A stretch of DNA of 22,869 bases from an uncultured virus (IMG/VR IMGVR_UViG_2687453726_000008) (taxonomy: Duplodnaviria; Heunggongvirae; Uroviricota; Caudoviricetes), in the IMG/VR virus record IMGVR_UViG_2687453726_000008. One strand, given 5' to 3'. The position numbers and the translations under genes were made by a program. The notes below the pieces were generated by a model that saw only the letters and a program-made list of their open reading frames with translations, ran no database searches and was not told the origin of the DNA. Positions 10,102 through 17,154 of the stretch are shown one piece after another (position 1 is the first letter of the stretch; every line of letters starts with the position of its first letter).

Positions 10102-10779
10102 ATGAATGAACTATATTTAATGCAATTAGATTATTTATTAAGGCTCTTTATTGCTGCAATATGTGGGATGGCTATTGGATATGAAAGAAAGAATCGAATG
10201 AAAGAGGCTGGAATTAGAACACATTTTATTGTAGCTATAGGGGCAGCACTTATAATGATTATATCGAAATATGGATTTCAAGATCAGATAGGATGGCTCA
10301 ATATGTCTCTTGATCCATCACGTATAGCAGCTCAGGTTGTCACAGGAGTTGGATTCCTTGGTGCAGGGATAATTTTTATGCAAAAACAAACAATAGTAGG
10401 ATTAACAACGGCAGCAGGAGTTTGGGCTACAGCTGCTATAGGTTTAGCTATAGGTTCTGGACTTTATTTTGTTGGGATAGCAGCTACTGCTATTACTATA
10501 TTGGGACAAATACTTTTGCATGGTAAAATTAAATTTTTATCATCTCCAAGGACAGAGTCATTAGCGTTGCAGATTGTGGATGAGCCAGATGCTATTAAAT
10601 TTCTTCAAGAAATATTTGAAGATAATGAGATAACTATAATTAATTTAAAGAGCAAAAGAGATGAAAAATCCTTATTAATTGATTTGAAAATAGTGATAAG
10701 AATATATGAATCATTTAATATAATTAAATTCTTGAATATATTGCAAAGTAAAGATTTTGTAAAGTCTTTAGAATTTTAA
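10102..10779 (+). CDS. MgtC/SapB family membrane protein
   Basis: Motifs IGYER..AGIRTH, DPSRIAAQVVTGVGFLGAG, GLTTAAGVW. C-terminal ACT-like domain. AAGGAG RBS; TGGTATAAT promoter near 10050. Confidence 0.93.
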   Translation: MNELYLMQLDYLLRLFIAAICGMAIGYERKNRMKEAGIRTHFIVAIGAALIMIISKYGFQDQIGWLNMSLDPSRIAAQVVTGVGFLGAGIIFMQKQTIVGLTTAAGVWATAAIGLAIGSGLYFVGIAATAITILGQILLHGKIKFLSSPRTESLALQIVDEPDAIKFLQEIFEDNEITIINLKSKRDEKSLLIDLKIVIRIYESFNIIKFLNILQSKDFVKSLEF

Positions 10780-10830
10780 GGGAAAATAAATTGTGCTAAT
10801 AAAGAATAAATTTAATGAAAATAATGGATA

Positions 10831-10874
10831 TAAAAATACCGTAGTATTCAAAAATGAATTTGCGGTATTTTTTA
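10831..10874 (+). terminator. Rho-independent terminator
   Basis: TAAAAATACCGTA...TGCGGTATTTTTTA. Confidence 0.75.
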
Positions 10875-11126
10875 TAGTTTAAATATTATTTAACACTATG
10901 AACGTATGCAAATTTGTGTTCAGTGTATATTTAAAAATTTCTAAAATTACATATTTAGAAAAACTTTATATTTTTATACGCTTAAAATTAATAATAAAAT
11001 GTTATAGTATTTCTTATTTTGTTACTCTTCCACATAATATTAAGTGTTCATTAATGAATTATTAAACACTTAGACAATAAAGAGCATAATATAATCATAA
11101 GTTAATTTATGAACGGGGGAATATTA

Positions 11127-11528
11127 ATGGAGAATTCGACCATTGAAGAATTACAAGAACGAATTAGTTTATATAAAGATAAAATAGAGTTACTAACCAA
11201 AGATAATGTTAGACTATATAACGAAATAGAAGAAATAAAAGTTGATACAAATGTTATTAGCTCCAAGGAATATGATATTCTATTAGATAATATGGAATTA
11301 TTAAAATCGGAACTTGAAAAGTATAAGAATTTATATTTTCGCGAAAAACAGAAAAGTAAAGTTCATATAGTAAAGAAGTCAAAAATTGTTGGAAGAAAAC
11401 CTGTATCGGATGAATTAAGAAATAAAGTATTAGATTTAAAAAAGCAAGGATCAAATATAAGGAGCATTGCTAAGGAATTGAATATTGCGCTTGGTATTGT
11501 TCACAAAATAATTAATGAACAAAAATGA
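11127..11528 (+). CDS. Coiled-coil protein with C-terminal resolvase-type HTH
   Basis: GGGGGA RBS before ATG 11127. Motif GRKP...QGSNIRSIAKELNIALGIVHKII. Confidence 0.75.
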   Translation: MENSTIEELQERISLYKDKIELLTKDNVRLYNEIEEIKVDTNVISSKEYDILLDNMELLKSELEKYKNLYFREKQKSKVHIVKKSKIVGRKPVSDELRNKVLDLKKQGSNIRSIAKELNIALGIVHKIINEQK

Positions 11529-11567
11529 TAAGTGAAATATCTATACAATGCTAAAATAGAATGTATG

Positions 11568-11618
11568 AAAAGGAGCATATCAGGATAATTAAAAATTATC
11601 TTAATATACTCCCTTTTG
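11568..11618. terminator. Bidirectional terminator between convergent HTH genes
   Basis: AAAAGGAG...GATAATT-AAA-AATTATC...CTCCCTTTT imperfect stem. Confidence 0.55.
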
Positions 11619-11688
11619 TTTTATTTTTCTAAATTAAATTACCATAAAAGTCTAAATATAAATTTTCCTACATTATAATATAAGAAAT

Positions 11689-11970
11689 TTAATCAAGATA
11701 ATTTTTAGGAAGATTGAATGCTTTAATTATTTTCTTCTTTGATGGCAAACTTGGATTAAAAATTCCTCTTTCCCATTGACCAATAGTGACTACTTTTCTA
11801 TTGATCTTTTTACCGAATTCAATCTGGGAAAGTCCGCTAAGATATCTAAGCTTACGAATTCTATTTGTTATATTATCTTCAAGGTCATTAAAAATAGCAT
11901 TAGCTAAAAATTCCCTATAATTAACAGTAAATAGCTCGAATACACTTTTAAATGTTGCACTTTTATACAG
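11689..11970 (-). pseudogene. Start-less XRE-family HTH gene, interrupted at an att junction (not in ORF track)
   Basis: Manual translation: LYKSATFKSVFELFTVNYREFLANAIFNDLEDNITNRIRKLRYLSGLSQIEFGKKINRKVVTIGQWERGIFNPSLPSKKKIIKAFNLPKNYLD*. No in-frame ATG/GTG/TTG before the HTH; upstream in-frame TAA at 12037-12039. Confidence 0.8.
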
Positions 11971-11978
11971 GTTGCAAC
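11954..11978. other. Putative attR-like junction of the left element
   Basis: Abrupt switch into pilus-ATPase coding sequence. Local IR GTTGCA...TGCAAC. The arm at 11956-11970 is a 10/15 inverted match to 12066-12080. Confidence 0.55.
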
Positions 11979-12063
11979 CGGTTCTGGCAAAACTACTACA
12001 ATCTATACAATATTGAAAGAAATAGATTCCAAAGCTTTAAATATAACGACGTTGGAAGATCCA
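11971..12063 (+). pseudogene. Internal 31-codon fragment of a PilB/GspE/ComGA-family secretion/pilus ATPase gene
   Basis: Translates to VATGSGKTTTIYTILKEIDSKALNITTLEDP: Walker A (TGSGKTTT) plus Asp box (NITTLEDP) at family-typical spacing. Confidence 0.88.
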
Positions 12064-12081
12064 GAAAGTTTTAAATTGCAC
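12050..12081. other. Putative attL of the right-hand prophage
   Basis: ATPase homology stops right after EDP (12063-12064), about 20 bp beyond the integrase stop codon. Confidence 0.7.
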
Positions 12082-12084
12082 TAA

Positions 12085-13521
12085 CTAATAAATCAAGAGA
12101 TTATCACCATCCCATACTAATTTATCGAAAATTATGTTTATCAAATTTTGTTTATCCTCTAAATTTATTTTATTAAAATGTTTTACAAATTCATTTTTAG
12201 CTAGTTCTTTGTTTTTAAGCATTTCATCCTTTTTGCTTTTGTTATTTAGAACTATTTGATATTTGGTGTATTGCACATTTAGTTCTTCGATTTCGAGTGA
12301 GAGCTGTTCTGCTTTGTCTAACATAGATTTTGCAACAGCAGTTGAAGCAAGAGCAGACTTTTCCAAAAAACCATCATACATCTTTTTCTTTTTCTTAAGT
12401 TGTTTTTCTATATTTTCAGCAATATTAAATTCAATATTTTCATCATTTTTATTTAAGATTTTTTCAAGATTTCCGTTTTTTAAAGTAGAAAAAATTTTAT
12501 CTTCTATTTCATCAACTCTTATTCCTGAAAAACAATTTTTCTTGCATCTAAAATACATAGGCCTAGTTCCGTCTTTTCTTATGCTTCCATAGTTTATGCT
12601 CATTATTTTATTACATTGTTTACATATGATTTTATGTGCTAGCCAACTTTTAGTAGATATTCTAGGTGGTACATGTTCCAATGCCCTTAGCCTTTCTCTA
12701 ACTTTTATCCAAAGAGTAGAGTTTATTATTCCTTTATTTTGTGTTATTACCGCCAAATTAACCATTTTATCTTTTATAAACTTGTTGTATTTATAAGTCA
12801 TATAGCCATTACCATTAGGTTCTCCAATTACTTTATATCCAATAGTGGACAGGTATTTGTTGGAAATTTCATCTGATATTAAATAAATAGGATTTCTCAA
12901 AACAGTTCCTAAATTTCTAGGTGTTATTCCAGTTTCCTTAGAAATCGTCCACATAGAGTTACCAATAGAAAATTGGTTAAAAATATATAGGATTTCTTCT
13001 TTTTTCTCGATTTCCAAATACTTACCTCCAATTCCTTCAGAAGCAACACAACCATAAGGAGGAGTTCCTCCGCTCCAGCGACCTTGTTTAGCTAAACTAT
13101 ACATACCATCAATAGCACGTCTTTTAATATTTTCTCTTTCCATTTCAGCTAAAGAAGCTAATAACGTCATCATCATTTTTCCAGCAGGAGTTCTGGGATC
13201 ATAATTATCCTGAACACAAACCAAATCGACTCCAATTTTTTTTAACTCCTCAAATGTATTAAGGAAATCTAGAGTATTTCTAGCCATCCTATCAAGCTTA
13301 TAACAAGCAACAACATCAAATTCATTATTATGAGCATTAGCTATCATTTGTTTAAATGCCGGTCTGTTTATGCTTCCGCCGCTAAACCCATCATCAGTAT
13401 ATACAACAAACTTGCAGTTTTCTTTATTGAAATAATTTTTTATTATTTCAAGTTGCGCATCTATTGAAATACTATTTTCATCCCCTTTTACAGACTTTCT
13501 TAAATATGCTGCGATTTTCAT
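12085..13521 (-). CDS. Large serine recombinase (phage integrase)
   Basis: Motifs YLRKS (catalytic Ser), DDGFSG, KLDRMARN, LRNPIY, zinc ribbon CKQC...YFRCKKNC, coiled coil. AAAGGGTG RBS favours ATG 13521. Confidence 0.96.
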   Translation of the reverse strand: MKIAAYLRKSVKGDENSISIDAQLEIIKNYFNKENCKFVVYTDDGFSGGSINRPAFKQMIANAHNNEFDVVACYKLDRMARNTLDFLNTFEELKKIGVDLVCVQDNYDPRTPAGKMMMTLLASLAEMERENIKRRAIDGMYSLAKQGRWSGGTPPYGCVASEGIGGKYLEIEKKEEILYIFNQFSIGNSMWTISKETGITPRNLGTVLRNPIYLISDEISNKYLSTIGYKVIGEPNGNGYMTYKYNKFIKDKMVNLAVITQNKGIINSTLWIKVRERLRALEHVPPRISTKSWLAHKIICKQCNKIMSINYGSIRKDGTRPMYFRCKKNCFSGIRVDEIEDKIFSTLKNGNLEKILNKNDENIEFNIAENIEKQLKKKKKMYDGFLEKSALASTAVAKSMLDKAEQLSLEIEELNVQYTKYQIVLNNKSKKDEMLKNKELAKNEFVKHFNKINLEDKQNLINIIFDKLVWDGDNLLIY

Positions 13522-13536
13522 AAAATTCACCCTTTC

Positions 13537-13548
13537 GAATGTATGTTC
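13537..13548 (-). promoter_or_regulatory. LexA (SOS) box upstream of the integrase
   Basis: GAACatacATTC on the minus strand, abutting the integrase RBS. Confidence 0.6.
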
Positions 13549-13589
13549 TTTTTTGCGTATAGAAAATTCAGTCTAACCTAAACTTGTGA

Positions 13590-13892
13590 TTAGATTACAT
13601 TAGTTGCAAATTGGATTAAGCGTTGCAAAGCTATTGGGTTATTTTCAAATTCAATAGCTTCGCTTTCACATTCAGGAGTTTCTAAGTCGCTATTAAAATG
13701 TCTTAAGTGAATTAATTCATGTAGTAATTTCTTTATATTATATTCATAAGTCAAATTCGAATTTAGAATAATAACTTTTTGCCCGTTGTTGTCAATTGTT
13801 GCCCCTGTGAAAGTACATTCTAAATTAGTAAAAACAACTCTCAATTCTCCACAATCAATCATCTTTTTTGCATTTTTCATTATGTTAACCAT
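13590..13892 (-). CDS. ImmA/IrrE-family metallopeptidase (anti-repressor)
   Basis: IILNSNL...LLHELIH (HExxH)...CESEA. Located between repressor and integrase. Confidence 0.85.
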   Translation of the reverse strand: MVNIMKNAKKMIDCGELRVVFTNLECTFTGATIDNNGQKVIILNSNLTYEYNIKKLLHELIHLRHFNSDLETPECESEAIEFENNPIALQRLIQFATNVI

Positions 13893-13906
13893 AGTAATAC
13901 CACCCT

Positions 13907-14257
13907 TTAGCTTTCTGTTTCTTCCTCAAACATCTCAATCATTTTTATTATTTTATTTTTATCTTTTTCAGTTAATTTTTCAAATTTGGAGAAGAATATC
14001 TTATTTTTTTCTATGTATTCATCAAGCTTATTAGTTTTAGATATGTCTTCTGAATCAGAAATATCACTTTCAAAAAATTCATTTACAGAAACATTAAAAG
14101 CTTTTGCAAGAAGTTCAAGAGAATCAGTTTCTATTTTTCTTTTTCCGTTCTCCATTTTACTTATAGTAGACTGAGGGATTCCTGTTAATTCGGATACATC
14201 ATAGGTTGTCAAATTTCTATTTAATCTTAAAAGTTTTAGCTTCTCATGAGGTTTCAT
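13907..14257 (-). CDS. Phage repressor, XRE-family HTH (ImmR/CI-like)
   Basis: LKLLRLNRNLT..VSELTGIPQSTISKMENG. Divergent from cro. AAAGGTG RBS before ATG 14257. Confidence 0.9.
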   Translation of the reverse strand: MKPHEKLKLLRLNRNLTTYDVSELTGIPQSTISKMENGKRKIETDSLELLAKAFNVSVNEFFESDISDSEDISKTNKLDEYIEKNKIFFSKFEKLTEKDKNKIIKMIEMFEEETES

Positions 14258-14284
14258 TAAAATCACCTTTCTATTTTCCTGTTT

Positions 14285-14437
14285 AATTCTATTTTAGAAT
14301 AATTCAAAAATAGAATTATGTCAAGCATTTTGAAGAAAAACGGAGCAATAGCGAGCTAGTTTAAGTATTTAATTCTAAAATGGAATTGTAAACGAAAAGA
14401 TTTAATTCTATAATGTAATTAATTCGAAAATGGAATT
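14285..14437. promoter_or_regulatory. Lysis/lysogeny switch: five 17-bp operators and divergent promoters
   Basis: AATTC-N7-GAATT-like sites at 14285, 14301, 14371, 14404 and 14421. Leftward TTGACA-17-TATTCT (14324-14296). Rightward TTGTAA-17-TATAAT (14386-14414). Confidence 0.88.
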
Positions 14438-14448
14438 GAGGTGAGAAA

Positions 14449-14643
14449 ATGGAAGTAGGAAATAGAATTAAAGAACTAAGAAAACAAAAAAATATGTCAC
14501 AAAACAGCCTAGCAAAAAAAATAAAGAATTTAAACCAGTCTCAAATATGCAAAATCGAAAATGGAGATAGATCTATTAAAGCAGACGAGCTTAAAGAAAT
14601 TGCACACGCTTTGAATATTCCAGTTTCAGAATTATTAAATTAA
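14449..14643 (+). CDS. Cro-like XRE HTH protein
   Basis: 64-aa HTH; GAGGTG RBS; first gene of the early operon. Confidence 0.9.
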   Translation: MEVGNRIKELRKQKNMSQNSLAKKIKNLNQSQICKIENGDRSIKADELKEIAHALNIPVSELLN

Positions 14644-14661
14644 ATAGGGAGCTGAGTATTT

Positions 14662-14787
14662 ATGAATAAAAAAAAGAAGGAAATAAATTTAATATGGATG
14701 ATTACAAAGGAAGAGTTCGATAAAAGGTTTACCTTAGCAGTACAAGAATATTTCAAGAACTATACAGCTGAGGAGACTCAAAACTGA
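14662..14787 (+). CDS. Small phage protein (41 aa, not in ORF track)
   Basis: AGGGAG RBS. Sequence MNKKKKEINLIWMITKEEFDKRFTLAVQEYFKNYTAEETQN. Confidence 0.6.
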   Translation: MNKKKKEINLIWMITKEEFDKRFTLAVQEYFKNYTAEETQN

Positions 14788-14983
14788 AATTGTGATTTCC
14801 AGATCACCCGAAAAGTCTTACTAAACTACGCAACATAATTTTCAAATAGTTAAGCAAGAAATTTAATTAATATAACAAATCTTATTTATCATATCTCACA
14901 ACTCGAAGCAATTACATTCAGTAATTTTCAGCTAAGAGTAAATATTAAATTTAAGTATAGAAGGAAGTGAGGAAATTATAAAA

Positions 14984-16063
14984 ATGAATGATTTAACTAT
15001 TGACAATGAGTTTAAAGACTTACTACCTCCATTATCAGAGGAACAAAAGGAAGAGCTCGAAAAAGACATAATTAAAAATGGTTGCATAAATTCACTAACT
15101 GTATGGAAGAACATTTTGATAGATGGCCATCACAGGCATGAGATATGCACAAGGAATAATATTCAATTCGATATAGTTGAAATGGAATTTAAGGACAGGC
15201 TCGAGGCTATGGAATGGATTTGGATGAATCAAAAAAATAGAAGAAATTTAACTAAGTATGAGTTAGCACAAATAGCACTGAAGTTTAAGCCAGTAATAGA
15301 AGCTAAAGCTAAAGAAAATCAATTATCAACACTTAAACAAAATACCGTTTTGACGAAATCATCAAAACGGGAAGATGAAAGAAAAGAGTCTGTTGAAGAA
15401 AACACCAACCTAGTTGATTCTGATGGAAATCAACCGATAGATGGACAAATTGATTTTACAGAAATAAATGAAGAAAAAGTGAAAAAGGTAGAGCCTATAA
15501 ACACTAGAAAGGAGATAGCAAAAATAGCAGGAGTTTCAGAGGATACAATCCATAAGGTTGAAGTTATCGAAGAAAAAGCTCCAGAAGAAATTAAGCAGCA
15601 AGTGAAGAAGGGAGACATAACAATTAATAGTGCTTATGTTCTTACTAAATCAGCTATAGAGGCAGACAAAAAGAACGCTGAATATGAAAAAGAGTACCAG
15701 GAGCAGTTGGAAAAAGAACAGCAAGAGAATGAAGAAAAGAAGAAGTTAGAAGAAATTCAAAAGAACCTTCCAGAAAATGCAGTTGTATTAGATAAATTCA
15801 GGAAACCAAAAGAAGCTCATATTTTTGGAATTGAAGACTTCAATAACCTAACAATGGATCAATTTAATGATTGTATAAAGCATTCTAAAAAATATCGTGA
15901 TGCAATTAGTAAAGTTGCATTATTAAGTACAGATATAGAGGCATTAATGGCATGGGGAGCAATAGCCAATACTCCAGATATTGTAGAAATAGAGCTACAA
16001 GATATTAATTCAGCTATCCAAAATTTAATTAAGATACAGAACTATTTTAAAGGAGGCAAGTAA
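14984..16063 (+). CDS. Phage ParB/Srx N-terminal-domain protein with HTH and coiled-coil C-terminus
   Basis: Motifs LPPLSEEQ..LEKDIIKNG, LIDGHHR, NQKNRRNLT, HTH TRKEIAKIAGVSEDTIHK. Confidence 0.82.
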   Translation: MNDLTIDNEFKDLLPPLSEEQKEELEKDIIKNGCINSLTVWKNILIDGHHRHEICTRNNIQFDIVEMEFKDRLEAMEWIWMNQKNRRNLTKYELAQIALKFKPVIEAKAKENQLSTLKQNTVLTKSSKREDERKESVEENTNLVDSDGNQPIDGQIDFTEINEEKVKKVEPINTRKEIAKIAGVSEDTIHKVEVIEEKAPEEIKQQVKKGDITINSAYVLTKSAIEADKKNAEYEKEYQEQLEKEQQENEEKKKLEEIQKNLPENAVVLDKFRKPKEAHIFGIEDFNNLTMDQFNDCIKHSKKYRDAISKVALLSTDIEALMAWGAIANTPDIVEIELQDINSAIQNLIKIQNYFKGGK

Positions 16064-16064
16064 T

Positions 16065-16466
16065 ATGAGTGAAGCATTAGAAAAAAAGGCCAAAGAAAAG
16101 ATACTAGAACAGATGGACGAGCTTGGCGGAGAAATAACTACAGATGACGTTGTAGAGCTATTAAGACCACACTATATATTTAATATCCGTAAGCTTAGGG
16201 AACAAGCGTTAAGAAGGACAGCCAATAACTTAATGGCAACATACCGTGATAATAAAGGTGTTAGAACTTGTTTTAGCTGTAAGGATGATAGCGGAAATTC
16301 AAAATATTTTAATATCGAAACTACAACTGATTTAAAAGCATTAAAAAACATTGAAATCCAGTTAAATAAAAAATATAAAGGTCTTAATATTTCTAAGAAA
16401 AAAGTTCAAAGAAGAAGAGACGAGCTTTCAGGACAAGTATCATTTAAAGAAGTTGAAAATTCATAG
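16065..16466 (+). CDS. Hypothetical phage protein
   Basis: AGGAGG RBS; adjacent to the ParB-like gene stop. Confidence 0.8.
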   Translation: MSEALEKKAKEKILEQMDELGGEITTDDVVELLRPHYIFNIRKLREQALRRTANNLMATYRDNKGVRTCFSCKDDSGNSKYFNIETTTDLKALKNIEIQLNKKYKGLNISKKKVQRRRDELSGQVSFKEVENS

Positions 16467-16485
16467 ATTGAGGAGGAATTATAAG

Positions 16486-16926
16486 ATGCAAAAATACAGA
16501 TTACACGTTGATGAGACAATAAACAGATTAAACTTCATTGATATTGAAACAGAGCTAAATGAAAAAGAAGTTGATGCATTACTTACTAAAATTGAAAAAG
16601 AGGATATTACAAGTGCATTAGATTTAAAGCGAAGATTAGAGACACAAGGTGTGCAAGTAAAATCAATAAGAGTAGATAATGGACCTTATTACAGAAGAGC
16701 TGAAACATTGGAAATTGAGGAGCTAGAAGATGTCAAAAGGAAAGGAATTATGGTTAAGTTCAAAGCTTGTGATTTAAGCAAATCAATAATTGAACAAGCT
16801 ATCGATGAACTAAGGGAAAGGATGCATATTAGTATTTCAGTAAATGGGCCACAGTCTGACACAACTATTAAAATAAGTCAGCAACTGGATGAATTGATTG
16901 TTGTAGAAATGAGGTCTAGGATATGA
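16486..16926 (+). CDS. Phage protein with C-terminal Spo0E-like domain
   Basis: GAGGAGG RBS favours ATG 16486. C-terminus IDELRERMH...TIKISQQLDELI matches the Spo0E SQxLD signature. Confidence 0.72.
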   Translation: MQKYRLHVDETINRLNFIDIETELNEKEVDALLTKIEKEDITSALDLKRRLETQGVQVKSIRVDNGPYYRRAETLEIEELEDVKRKGIMVKFKACDLSKSIIEQAIDELRERMHISISVNGPQSDTTIKISQQLDELIVVEMRSRI

Positions 16927-17111
16927 AAAAATGTGAAGATTGTGATGAATGCACATATATAGGCGAAGGTGATTATGTCTGCATTAAGGATGAACCTAAA
17001 ATTGTTATTACTGAATTTATTATTGCAACAGATGATTATGGACAATGTGGAAATAAAAAAGCTACCAAGAACCCCGACCAAAGCGTTCAAAGTAGCTACA
17101 ATAAGTTTTGA
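16923..17111 (+). CDS. Small Cys-rich phage protein
   Basis: CEDCDEC..GEGDYVC; ATGA overlap with the upstream gene. Confidence 0.7.
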   Translation: MKKCEDCDECTYIGEGDYVCIKDEPKIVITEFIIATDDYGQCGNKKATKNPDQSVQSSYNKF

Positions 17112-17154
17112 AAATATTTCAAGAACATTATAACACATGAGAGGAGGAATTCAA
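17052..17154 (-). ncRNA. Putative antisense RNA in the early operon (with its promoter)
   Basis: Minus-strand TTGAAT-16-TATAAT with extended TG (17154-17127), then stem AGCUAC...GUAGCU plus U-tract, loop CUUUGGUCGG. Confidence 0.6.

Noticed and set aside
11868..11900. ATG after AGGGA on the minus strand as the start of the HTH gene
   Set aside because: Out of frame with the HTH; gives only a 10-codon peptide.
11968..12064. CAG direct repeat (11968-11970 / 12062-12064) as the crossover core
   Set aside because: Joining at CAG makes the arms asymmetric and puts a stop in the HTH frame; a 3-bp match is expected by chance. Not excluded without the distal att sites.
15351..15357. TGACGAA Spo0A-box match
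   Set aside because: Intragenic single heptamer, better explained as part of the 26-bp palindrome.
11257..15618. ORFs 11257-11454, 12263-12592, 12596-12796, 13786-14034, 13986-14174, 14932-15114, 15430-15618
   Set aside because: Antisense shadows of the HTH, integrase, repressor and ParB-like genes.
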